The translations under genes were made by a program, and so were the position numbers. From an uncultured Myxococcales bacterium (lineage in GTDB: Bacteria > Myxococcota_A > UBA9042 > CAIXZC01): a stretch of DNA of 64,000 bases. The stretch's first letter is position 1. Every line of letters starts with the position of its first letter. Positions 1 to 8,707 of the stretch are shown piece by piece. The notes under the pieces are model-generated. The model was given only the letters and a program-made list of their open reading frames with translations. It searched no databases and was not told the origin of the DNA. The stretch is taken from positions 6,152-70,151 of the forward strand of contig CAZVFX010000020.1 of the NCBI GenBank assembly GCA_964626565.1, written 5' to 3'.

Positions 1-312
1 TCCGAAGAAGGTCACCCGGGAAATCGACAGCTCCACCGGCCCCTGGTAGACCTCTCCGGTCTGCCCGTGTTTGATGTACACCTTCATGCGCACCGTCTCA
101 CCGGGTTGCGGGTTGCCCGGGAAAGTAGAAAACGTAACGTCAAATCCTTCCGCATCCGCCTCGATGACCATGGTGGGAATCTGGGGATAATCTTCTGAGT
201 AGAGGTAGTGGGGGAGACCGAGTTGATGGTGGGCTGAAGCAGGTGTGGGGCAGAGCAGCGTCAGGCACAGAATCCCAAACAGCGTCGAGCCGGTCCGGCT
301 AATTTCCGTCAT
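1..312 (-). CDS. Secreted protein of unknown function, 3' end truncated by window edge; last visible gene of the bc/nap operon
   Basis: Not in ORF track (no stop). Hand translation from ATG at 312 (ATGA overlap with napH stop): MTEISRTGSTLFGILCLTLLCPTPASA-HHQLGLPHYLYSEDYPQIPTMVIEADAEGFDVTFSTFPGNPQPGETVRMKVYIKHGQTGEVYQGPVELSISRVTFFG, open to base 1; signal peptide ending ASA. Confidence 0.8.
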   Translation of the reverse strand, partial: MTEISRTGSTLFGILCLTLLCPTPASAHHQLGLPHYLYSEDYPQIPTMVIEADAEGFDVTFSTFPGNPQPGETVRMKVYIKHGQTGEVYQGPVELSISRVTFFG

Positions 313-1190
313 CGTTTCACCCCATAGGCCAACGCACCCGGCTTGCACGCTGAGATGCACAAACCGCACTGATCGCAATCGGGCCCCAGTTCCTGTGTCA
401 TGGGCTGCAAATCGTACGGACAGACAGGGCCACACTCACCGCACTGCTCGCATCGGCGGCCGTCCCTGCTGATCCGCAGCAACCGGAACCGGGACAGGCC
501 CACGTAGACCGCGCCGCCCGGGCAGACGTAACGGCACCACCAGCGGCGCGACAGAATCAGTTCAATGAACAAGATGAGGCCCAGGAACAGCAGGCCGTTG
601 CCCCATACACCGTTGTAGGTCCTATAAAACAGCTCTCTGCTGATCACGGCTGGCGGATAAACCAGTGACAGCACCGGCATCCCCACCAGATACGCCATCA
701 GCAACCCTCCGCCCAGGACCCCGAATTTCATCCGGCCGTGGAACTTGGCATCGAGGGCTGGGTAGCCCAACTTCTCCAACAAAGAACGTAGCCGGTCATT
801 AATCTCCAGCAGCAAACTCATGGGGCACAGCCAACCGCAGTACACCCGCCCCAGAAGCAGAGTCAGCAACACCGGGATCAGCACGGAAAGCAGGAGCGGG
901 AGATACAGGGACATCGAGGTTACGGTGGACTCCACCAATGCCAGAGGGTCGGAGATCTTGTAACCGCCGACGTCGAGGGTCCACACGCTCCCCCGCACCG
1001 TATGAGTCAACTCCACAACCTCCTTGCGATCGCCACCTTTGAACAACGTGTGCAGTGCGGAAAGAAGCACGGATTTCTCAACAAACGCCTCGTCCCTCTG
1101 CTGGACCTTAATGCCATAGAGATTCACCATCGGCACGGCAATGATCAGGATCCAGACTGCCACCTGCACTGTTCGCCGGGCCGCTTGCAC
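309..1190 (-). CDS. napH: NapH/MauN-family membrane ferredoxin (quinol dehydrogenase membrane subunit)
   Basis: TM helices, GRVYCGWLCP and WWCRYVCP motifs, two C-terminal 4Fe-4S motifs (CEQCGECGPVCP, CDQCGLCISACK); directly downstream of napG. Confidence 0.88.
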   Translation of the reverse strand: MQAARRTVQVAVWILIIAVPMVNLYGIKVQQRDEAFVEKSVLLSALHTLFKGGDRKEVVELTHTVRGSVWTLDVGGYKISDPLALVESTVTSMSLYLPLLLSVLIPVLLTLLLGRVYCGWLCPMSLLLEINDRLRSLLEKLGYPALDAKFHGRMKFGVLGGGLLMAYLVGMPVLSLVYPPAVISRELFYRTYNGVWGNGLLFLGLILFIELILSRRWWCRYVCPGGAVYVGLSRFRLLRISRDGRRCEQCGECGPVCPYDLQPMTQELGPDCDQCGLCISACKPGALAYGVKR

Positions 1191-1194
1191 TGCG

Positions 1195-1785
1195 CTACTC
1201 CCTCCCGTCCGCGGTGGGAATCACGCGAATCGCCTGTGGATAGTGATAGCAGATACGCTCACACAGGCCGCACCCTACGCAGTTCTCGGCCACCACCTCT
1301 GGCCGCTCCCAGGCGCCTATGGTAATGGCCTTATTCTGCAAGGGACAAGCCCGGTAGCATATCCCGCAAATGCGGTCGTTGTACGAATAGCAAAGGTCCT
1401 TGTCGATAACAGCTTTGCCCATGCTCACGGTCCGGCCGATAGTCTCCAGGTCGTCGGGGATCGGTTGGATCGCTCCGGAAGGGCACACCTGCGTACACTT
1501 CATACACAAGGTGCAGCCCTGCTCACGGGCGACGATGAATGGTGTCCCCGATTTGGGCCCCGAACCGATATCAAAGAAGTTGAGGCACTGATTGGGGCAA
1601 ACATCGCCGCACAGCCCGCACCGCATGCACTTACGCACAAACTGTTCTTCTTCAAGGGAGCCGGGCGGGCGCAGGAAACGGAGCTTCCCGGGGCCGGGGG
1701 CCCACCGCACCACAGGCAGCAGCCCCAACCCCGCGAGTGCGGCGCCGTACTTGATGAACTGTCGTCGGTCGATTTTTGGTTTCAC
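1195..1785 (-). CDS. napG: NapG/MauM-family periplasmic polyferredoxin
   Basis: Tat motif DRRQFIK, LRPPGS motif, four Cys clusters (CMRCGLCGDVCP, CTLCMKCTQVCP, CGICYRACP, CVGCGLCERICY). Confidence 0.9.
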   Translation of the reverse strand: MKPKIDRRQFIKYGAALAGLGLLPVVRWAPGPGKLRFLRPPGSLEEEQFVRKCMRCGLCGDVCPNQCLNFFDIGSGPKSGTPFIVAREQGCTLCMKCTQVCPSGAIQPIPDDLETIGRTVSMGKAVIDKDLCYSYNDRICGICYRACPLQNKAITIGAWERPEVVAENCVGCGLCERICYHYPQAIRVIPTADGRE

Positions 1786-1788
1786 AAG

Positions 1789-4605
1789 TTAGACCCTGTC
1801 CGGAATCTTCTCCACCCGAGCCGCCAGCTTTTTGAAATCGGCCTGACCCGACACCGGGTCAAACCCACGATGTGCAACCGCATTGACCAGCCAGAAGTTC
1901 TTCTCCGGGTCCGCACTATCAGCTACCGACAGGTTCCACGGAGAGAATAGTTGCCCTTCCACCACCAGGTTTCTGGCCGGCCGCACGCGGCTGTCTAAAC
2001 CAACCGAAACCCGCGCCTCGTAGCTGCCCCTGCGGGTAGACACGCGCACCCAGTCTCCGTCTTTCAGGCCGTGCCGGGAAGCGTCCTGAGAGTGCATTTC
2101 GACGTATTGCTCCAGCACCAGCTTCCGGTTTGTTGGGGACCGGATAGTCTTGGCGGTATGGAAATGCTCATATACAACTCCCAGGTTCAGCCAGAAGGGG
2201 TACCTGTCCTTCGGCACTTCCGCCCCGGGAAGCTTCGCAAAATCAAAGTCGGGCATCTCAGGAGTCAACCCCCAGTCCCTGACTTTGACCAGCAACTCCG
2301 GGTGGTCGATAAGCAGGAAATCCTTGTCCACCCCAACCCTCCGCAAGTCCCCGATTACCTCCGGGTACTTTGAATAGTCCTGCTCGCACAGTTTCATGTT
2401 GGCCTTGCCGTTGGGGGTACGGAACGCCCCGTACGGCTTGTCCGCCCACCCTGCCTCCTGATTCAAGTACCGGCGGGGAGTGCCGCCGGCTCGGGCAATC
2501 TCGGCGGTCGGCGCAGGCCACTGAATGCCGCGCTTTTCCCGGATGACTGTGTAAGGCGACAGTTCCCTCTCTGCAGCCACCTTCACCAACTCCTTCCACA
2601 AACCCCAGAAACCACCCCCTTCCTTGTCCACCCGGGCCACGATCTCGTCGAAGTCGGTATAGGTCTCCCTCAGAATCCCGGAGAAATCGCAATCCGCGCC
2701 CCGGCTGGCCAGGGCCATTTCGATAAACACCTCTTCTACGTTGTAGAAACCCTGCTCGTTCTTGCTGTAGGGGAACATCTTGGTCCCTTCCAGGCCCAGC
2801 ATGTCCGCGATGTGAATCCCCTTGTCCACGACTATGTCCAGGTCGGGGATGCAGTTCGTTGGTGGCTCTGCGGCCTTATCCGTCACGAAGATTCGGCGCT
2901 CCGATTGAATATACGTCCCCCCACACTCCCCCCACGTGGCGGCCGGGAAAACCACATCTGCATACAAGTTGTTCGGTGCGTGTCGGTAGATCTCCTGGAC
3001 CACTACGAACATGTCGTTGAGCGCCGGCCGCACCAGGGTCTTGGTCTCGGGAAGGTCGATATGGGTCGCATAGATAAGGAACATGGCCCTAACTTTGCGC
3101 GGATCCGAGTCGGGCAAGAGGCCTCGCTCCATCATGCCCACGGCAAAACCGTGATTGGTGGAATCGGCGACCTGTTTCAGTCGCTCGGCCGGAATCTTCC
3201 AGACGTCGGAGAACAGCTCGATCCCCTTTTCGTTGTAGCCCCCTTTGCCCTTGAGCCCCTGGTTGAAGGGCAGGCGGCCGGTGAGCCCCCCGGTGAGACG
3301 CTCGCCCATGGCGTTGGGCTGGCCCGTCTGGGAGTGGGGCCCGCACCCGGGGCGGCCGATGTTGCCGGTGAGAAGGTGCAGATTGATTATACTGATCACG
3401 TTGTGCTGTCCGTGGATACTCTGGTTGTAGCCGATTCCCCACCAGGTGAGTACTCCGCCCCTTCCCCGCTCGTTGCCTTTGCGCGTGGCCGCAGCCCACT
3501 CGCCCGCGATCTTCCTCACGAATTCCGTACTCACACCCGTAACCTCCCCGGTCTTCTCCGGGTCGTACCTCGCCTTGATCCCCTCGATGTAAGCCTCGAA
3601 GCCCGACGTGTGCTTCTTCATGAAGTCCCAGGCAATGACGTCCGGATGCTCGGTGAGCAGAACAAACGCAAGGTTGTTCAGCAGAGTGATATCACTGTTC
3701 GGCTGTATCTGCGCATGGTAGGCGTTCTCCTCATAGGCATCCTCGAAACCTTGCACGGTGCCGGTTCGCCTGGGGTCCACCACCATGGTCGGGATTTTCG
3801 CCGACTTCTTGTAGTCGGCTGCCCGCCAGAAGATGATGGGATGAGCTTCCCTGGGGTTATGGCCCCAGAACGAGATAAAATCACACAATTCGACGTCGTC
3901 GTAGCAGGTGGGCGGAGTGTCGGAACCGAGGGTCTTGAAATAGGCGGTGACCGCACTGGTCATGCACATTCTGGCGTTGGCTTCCATGGTGTTGGACGCC
4001 ACCACCGCCTTCATGAACTTGTTCTCCAGATACTGACCCTCGAAGGTCAACTGACCGGAGCCGTAGAGGCCAACGCAGTTGCCGCCGTGGGTTTTCGCCA
4101 GGTGAGCGATCTTGTGGCTTGTCATTTCGCTCGCCGCCTCGTACGGGACCTTCACCCACAAGTCGTCGTCGAAAGCGCCCTTGGTGAGGGACGAAAAGCC
4201 CAGGTCCCCGTGTCCCGGCTTGTTCCACTCTTCCCAAGTGTCTTTTCGCACCAGCACTTCGGACAACCGGTCCACGTAAATCGGCTCGTTGGCCGTCAGT
4301 CCCTTGATGCACTGCATCCCTTTGTTGGTGGGATGGTTTTTGTCCGGCACCATGCCAACTATCTTGCCGTCTTCAACCTGGATCATCGTGCCGCATCCCA
4401 CACCGCAATAGGGGCAGGCGGAAAGGACGTTGCCGCCTCTGCCGGTCTGCACCTGCGCCTTGACAGTTCGCAACTCCTTGTCCTTGCTTCCCCCGCAACC
4501 GATGGTATTCGCCGCAGTAATGCTGGACATCGCTGCCGTAGCTTTTAGGAACTTCCGCCGGGTCAACGTCCAACGCTTCCCGCCATTCTTCTTTCCCTCG
4601 CCCAT
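1789..4605 (-). CDS. napA: Tat-exported bis-MGD molybdoenzyme, periplasmic nitrate reductase catalytic subunit (NapA/NarB-like)
   Basis: TRRKFLK Tat motif; CPYCGVGC...CIKG 4Fe-4S; NARMCMTSAV active-site segment with Cys ligand; GQPNAMG; C-terminal MGD domain (HFHT); adjacent napGH. Confidence 0.85.
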   Translation of the reverse strand: MGEGKKNGGKRWTLTRRKFLKATAAMSSITAANTIGCGGSKDKELRTVKAQVQTGRGGNVLSACPYCGVGCGTMIQVEDGKIVGMVPDKNHPTNKGMQCIKGLTANEPIYVDRLSEVLVRKDTWEEWNKPGHGDLGFSSLTKGAFDDDLWVKVPYEAASEMTSHKIAHLAKTHGGNCVGLYGSGQLTFEGQYLENKFMKAVVASNTMEANARMCMTSAVTAYFKTLGSDTPPTCYDDVELCDFISFWGHNPREAHPIIFWRAADYKKSAKIPTMVVDPRRTGTVQGFEDAYEENAYHAQIQPNSDITLLNNLAFVLLTEHPDVIAWDFMKKHTSGFEAYIEGIKARYDPEKTGEVTGVSTEFVRKIAGEWAAATRKGNERGRGGVLTWWGIGYNQSIHGQHNVISIINLHLLTGNIGRPGCGPHSQTGQPNAMGERLTGGLTGRLPFNQGLKGKGGYNEKGIELFSDVWKIPAERLKQVADSTNHGFAVGMMERGLLPDSDPRKVRAMFLIYATHIDLPETKTLVRPALNDMFVVVQEIYRHAPNNLYADVVFPAATWGECGGTYIQSERRIFVTDKAAEPPTNCIPDLDIVVDKGIHIADMLGLEGTKMFPYSKNEQGFYNVEEVFIEMALASRGADCDFSGILRETYTDFDEIVARVDKEGGGFWGLWKELVKVAAERELSPYTVIREKRGIQWPAPTAEIARAGGTPRRYLNQEAGWADKPYGAFRTPNGKANMKLCEQDYSKYPEVIGDLRRVGVDKDFLLIDHPELLVKVRDWGLTPEMPDFDFAKLPGAEVPKDRYPFWLNLGVVYEHFHTAKTIRSPTNRKLVLEQYVEMHSQDASRHGLKDGDWVRVSTRRGSYEARVSVGLDSRVRPARNLVVEGQLFSPWNLSVADSADPEKNFWLVNAVAHRGFDPVSGQADFKKLAARVEKIPDRV

Positions 4606-4628
4606 CTGAGATCCTCCTATTGTGTGCC

Positions 4629-6677
4629 TCAGTTTGGCCCCGGCCCGGATGAAACCGGATGGTGCCAGGTCCGAACGTAGGCCACGATGTCATTAATCTG
4701 TTCGGCCGAGAGTTCCTCGTATCCCTGGGCCCCTTTCGCCCAGGAACGCATGGCCGTGCCTTGCCTTCCCATGGCGATGGTTGCCTGCAGGAAACCGTTG
4801 GTGGCCGCTTCCAGGAACTCCGGGTTGTTCAACGCCGGGCCGTGCTCGCCTTCCCCATCAACGCCGTGACAACCGGCGCACATCCCCGCGTAAAGGTCTT
4901 TGCCCAACGATGGAGTGCCGGGAGTGATGTTCGTGTGGAGTACTTCCGGTTCGTGATGTTCACGGCTGCGGATAAATGCGACCAGGTCGCCAATCTCGTG
5001 ATCGTGAAGTTGTTCCAGCCCCTGCAGCCGCTTGCCCCAACTCACCATCGCGGTGTCCCGTCTCCCCCGGTAGATGGTCTCCCGGATGTATCCGTCGGAA
5101 GCAGCGGCAAGAAAATCCCTGTTCAGCAGCGCAGGTCCCACCGCACCCTGGCCGTGTTTCCCGTGGCAGCCGGCGCACATTCCTGCGAACATGCTTTCCC
5201 CCTCCTCCGCATCACCTTTGTTCAGTTCGAAGGATGGCAGCGCGGCAGGCACAGTCTGCCACGAGCGCATAAGCGTCAGCAGACCGGCTACTTCCCTGGC
5301 TGAAAGCCCGGACCATGACGGCATGGCCGTGTTCTCCCGTCCATCCACCATGGTCCGGAATAGGAATTTATCTGAGGCGACGGCCAGGAAATCCTGGTTG
5401 TTGAGCGATGGCCCGATACCCCCCTTCCCATCCGGGCCGTGGCAGATGCCGCAGCGAGAAGGATAGAGCCGCCTTCCCAACTCCTCGTCTCCATCGACTG
5501 CAGCCGTCGCCGCGTAACTGGGGGCGACCGGTCTCCAGCTACGCACGTACTCCACCAGGCCGTCCAACTCCGCCTCGGTGAGACCGGCCTGTTCCGCGGT
5601 CCAGGCTGGCATCAACCTGCCGCTGCGACCGTTGCGCACCGTGAGCTTCAGCATCTGTGGAGAAGCCACTGCCAGGAAGTCGGGGCTGTGGAGGGGCGGG
5701 GTGGCTTCCTCGAACTGTCGCAACTCCCTTCCTTCCCCCGCCGCACCGTGACAACTGGAGCAGAGCGCAGCGTAGGCCAGGGCACCGTCCATGGGCCTCC
5801 TCTTTCCCTTGAACTCCGCAATGGAGTCGAGGGACTGATAGAGCGCCGGGAATTCAAGACCTGTGAGCGCCATGGTAAACGAGATGAGAGCGGTCAAGTC
5901 GTCTTCATCGAGGTCGAGGGCAGGCATCTTGCTGCCCGGCGACACACGCTCCGGAGCCACGAAGTGCTCGCGGAGCCACGTCCGCTCCGTACGCTCTCCC
6001 TCCACATGAGTGAAATCGTACTCGTGCTTCGTCTTGAGGCCCTGCCTGGTAAGTTCGGGCCCGAGGGTGCCGCCCGTTCCTCGCACAACGTGACAGCCGA
6101 GGCAACCGTTTTCCAGGAACAACTTCTTTCCCCGGGCCAGTACATCCGCGCCGGGCAGTTCCTGTTGAGGGTCGAATACCGCCATGTGGCATTTGCCACA
6201 GGAAAGCTGTGCATAGGCCATAGGCAACACGGGGTAGTCCCAGTGTATGCCCGGCGACCTCGCGAATGCCTGCCGCCGGCTCAGCGCCCTCCCCTGCCCG
6301 CCATGACACACAGTGCAACCGAACTTCTCGATGGGGTGGTGGAGCAGGTAGTCGCCGCTGTGGGCGCGGTGAGGCAGATCCGCGTCCGCCATGGAAGGAT
6401 TCTCCAGGCCGCCGTGGCACGTAATACAGCGGTCAACTCTCCCCAACTCGGGAAGCAGATTCTGTTGGATGGCGATGGGGAAATCCTCGGCGGCTTCAAT
6501 CTGGGCGTCGGTCTTGGCGGCCGCCCTGAGTTTCTCCTTGAATTCCAAGCGATAGCTCTTCCACTCCCGGAGCGCCAACTCCTCATAAGCGGCCAACCCG
6601 AAGAAGAGGATACAAACCAGGCTGCCGCCGATGGTCACCCACTTATAGAAACGTTCCAGTCGGTGCATGCTTGCCAC
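4629..6677 (-). CDS. Membrane-anchored octaheme cytochrome c (cytochrome c subunit of bc complex)
   Basis: N-terminal TM; eight CxxCH: CITCH, CTVCH, CGKCH, CLGCH, CSSCH, CGICH, CAGCH, CAGCH; GTG start, alternative ATG at 6668. Confidence 0.9.
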   Translation of the reverse strand: MASMHRLERFYKWVTIGGSLVCILFFGLAAYEELALREWKSYRLEFKEKLRAAAKTDAQIEAAEDFPIAIQQNLLPELGRVDRCITCHGGLENPSMADADLPHRAHSGDYLLHHPIEKFGCTVCHGGQGRALSRRQAFARSPGIHWDYPVLPMAYAQLSCGKCHMAVFDPQQELPGADVLARGKKLFLENGCLGCHVVRGTGGTLGPELTRQGLKTKHEYDFTHVEGERTERTWLREHFVAPERVSPGSKMPALDLDEDDLTALISFTMALTGLEFPALYQSLDSIAEFKGKRRPMDGALAYAALCSSCHGAAGEGRELRQFEEATPPLHSPDFLAVASPQMLKLTVRNGRSGRLMPAWTAEQAGLTEAELDGLVEYVRSWRPVAPSYAATAAVDGDEELGRRLYPSRCGICHGPDGKGGIGPSLNNQDFLAVASDKFLFRTMVDGRENTAMPSWSGLSAREVAGLLTLMRSWQTVPAALPSFELNKGDAEEGESMFAGMCAGCHGKHGQGAVGPALLNRDFLAAASDGYIRETIYRGRRDTAMVSWGKRLQGLEQLHDHEIGDLVAFIRSREHHEPEVLHTNITPGTPSLGKDLYAGMCAGCHGVDGEGEHGPALNNPEFLEAATNGFLQATIAMGRQGTAMRSWAKGAQGYEELSAEQINDIVAYVRTWHHPVSSGPGPN

Positions 6678-6683
6678 TCCTCC

Positions 6684-8198
6684 TCAATGCCCGGGCCAGT
6701 GCGCAGGGGACCAGTAGAAATCCCAATTCGGTCCCCTGAAATAGACGCCCATGATGGTCAGGATGATGAAACCCACCAGGAAACAGGTAAACAAGCCAAT
6801 TGCGGCGTCGCGAGTCGACCCGCTCCGCTTGAGCAGAAACAACGACCAGAGCGCATACGCCACGACAATCGCCGACCCTGGATTGATGAAGGTGATAACG
6901 ATCTGAGGAATCTGAGGAATCCAGTCCCTCAGCCAGCCGAATCGGACCGTGAATGCCAGCAGGGCCAAGGTGAAAATGGTGCCGGCCACCACCGAGACCC
7001 CCAGCGCCCTTTTCCCGCTGGGGCCGGTGAACCACTCCCCCACTCCGGCCTCCTCCCGGTCGAGGTAGGGGATCAGCATGAGACCGAGGACAACTACCGT
7101 GGGAATCCCGATACCACCCATGAATGCCGAATATGACACCAATTCCTGCAGTCCGAGGAAATACCACGGCGCCTTAGCCGGATTCTCAGGAATTGCAGGG
7201 TTGGCCAACTCTTTCAGCGGGGCGTCAAAGAAATAGGCCAGAACCATCATCCCACCCAGGCACAGCATAAATACCGCGACTTCAGCCCAGATGGCAGTGG
7301 GCCAGGACATTACGGTGTTGTCCGGCCCGCGATCAAGTTGGGGGGAATCATCCTTCACCAGCTCCATCAGACCATAGGTCTTGCCGGCCTCGGGCGCGCC
7401 CACCGGGTCTTCTCCCTCGTCGTCGGGCCTGCTCAAGCCTCCGTCCTTTCGGATTCGCCAGAAATGCACGCCGATGAGTATGACGCAAGTCAAGGGGAGG
7501 ATCATGACGTGCAGAAGATAGAACCTGGTCAGCGCCTCCTGGCCCACCATGGTTCCGCCGATGAGCACCTCCTTGATCAATCCACCAATATCGAACCAGG
7601 CGGTGATTCCCACGGCATCAGTGAGTTCACGTGGACTGGCCGCGATGTTGGCACCCACGGTAATGGCCCAGTATGCGAGTTGATCCCAGGGGAGCAAATA
7701 GCCGGTGAAGCTCAGCATGAGCGTAACCGCCAGCAGAAGCATCCCGATAACCCAGTTGAATTTTCGCTGCCGCTTGTAGGAGCCGGTGTAGAAGACCCTC
7801 ACCATGTGCAGGAGAACAACCAGCACCATGCCGTGAGCGGCCCATCGATGGATGTTTCGCATGTACCGGCCGGCGCCGACCACGAAGGTGATGTCCTTGA
7901 CATTGTTGTAGGCCAGAGCCGTTGTGGGATTGTAGTAGAACATGAGCATGATGCCGGAGACACACAGCAGTAGAAACAGAAAAAACGACATGAGGCCCAG
8001 GCCCATGGTGAACCACGGTTTGAGGCTGTGTCGGTGAATCCGCACCGAATGGATGTGCAGGAAGAAGTTCTGAAAAATCGCCTGGGACCGCTCCCGGTCA
8101 GACCGGGGCGGCCATGGATGGCGCAGGAGCGAACCGGTGAATGCGCTACCGGCCCCCCTCAGGTTGGAAAAGAATGTCTTCAGTCCATTGTCAGCCAT
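6684..8198 (-). CDS. qcrB: Cytochrome b of Rieske/cytb complex (b6-type N-terminus fused to subunit IV, extra C-terminal TMs)
   Basis: Heme-ligand His pairs in RNIHRWAAHGMVLVVLLHMVRVF and LLHVMILP...GVHFWRIRKDGG; GYLLPWDQLAYWA; Qo-type KAPWYF. Confidence 0.92.
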   Translation of the reverse strand: MADNGLKTFFSNLRGAGSAFTGSLLRHPWPPRSDRERSQAIFQNFFLHIHSVRIHRHSLKPWFTMGLGLMSFFLFLLLCVSGIMLMFYYNPTTALAYNNVKDITFVVGAGRYMRNIHRWAAHGMVLVVLLHMVRVFYTGSYKRQRKFNWVIGMLLLAVTLMLSFTGYLLPWDQLAYWAITVGANIAASPRELTDAVGITAWFDIGGLIKEVLIGGTMVGQEALTRFYLLHVMILPLTCVILIGVHFWRIRKDGGLSRPDDEGEDPVGAPEAGKTYGLMELVKDDSPQLDRGPDNTVMSWPTAIWAEVAVFMLCLGGMMVLAYFFDAPLKELANPAIPENPAKAPWYFLGLQELVSYSAFMGGIGIPTVVVLGLMLIPYLDREEAGVGEWFTGPSGKRALGVSVVAGTIFTLALLAFTVRFGWLRDWIPQIPQIVITFINPGSAIVVAYALWSLFLLKRSGSTRDAAIGLFTCFLVGFIILTIMGVYFRGPNWDFYWSPAHWPGH

Positions 8199-8224
8199 GT
8201 CACCTTCTCCTCCTCACAGTCCGC

Positions 8225-8707
8225 TCATGCAAGGAGCGCGTCATCCCGGCTTACCGTGCGGCCGGCGTCCACAATCAACTGCCCGTCAGGGCTGAGGCTC
8301 ATCTTCAACCAGTCAAGGGCCCTGGGCGCTGGTCCCGACATTACTTCGCCCTCCTCGTCAAAGTTTGACCCATGGCAGGGGCACTTCAACGCACCGTCTC
8401 GCAACGCGACCACACACCCTAGATGGGTGCAGATGGCGGACAAAGCCCTGAAGCCGAAGTGGTCGTTGCGAACAAACACGTTCCGCCCCGGTATCAACGT
8501 GATGGAATCGGGCTGAAAGTCAGCAGGGAATCCCACCTTGAACCGGGTTGAGGGCTCGTTGAGTACTTTGGGTAGAGGAAGCTGCGCCGTCCCCATAAAC
8601 GCCATGCACCCGGCGCCGGCCACCGAGGCGACCGCCAGTTTGCCCAGGAAATCCCGCCGATCCATAATGGTGTCGCCATCCGCTGCCTTGCCTGATTTCT
8701 TGCTCAT
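8225..8707 (-). CDS. qcrA: Rieske 2Fe-2S protein of bc complex
   Basis: Tat motif DRRDFL + TM; CTHLGC and CPCHGS boxes; GPAPRAL. Confidence 0.95.
   Translation of the reverse strand: MSKKSGKAADGDTIMDRRDFLGKLAVASVAGAGCMAFMGTAQLPLPKVLNEPSTRFKVGFPADFQPDSITLIPGRNVFVRNDHFGFRALSAICTHLGCVVALRDGALKCPCHGSNFDEEGEVMSGPAPRALDWLKMSLSPDGQLIVDAGRTVSRDDALLA

Noticed and set aside
2812-4548. 578-aa plus-strand ORF
   Set aside because: Antisense shadow of napA with no motifs; typical of GC-rich DNA. Same for 5439-7136, 17388-18395, 58761-60083, 61147-63123 and 61812-63206
1789-4605. Formate dehydrogenase or selenocysteine enzyme
   Set aside because: Ligand segment is NARMCM (Cys-Met, nitrate-reductase type) rather than Cys/Sec-His, and there is no in-frame TGA
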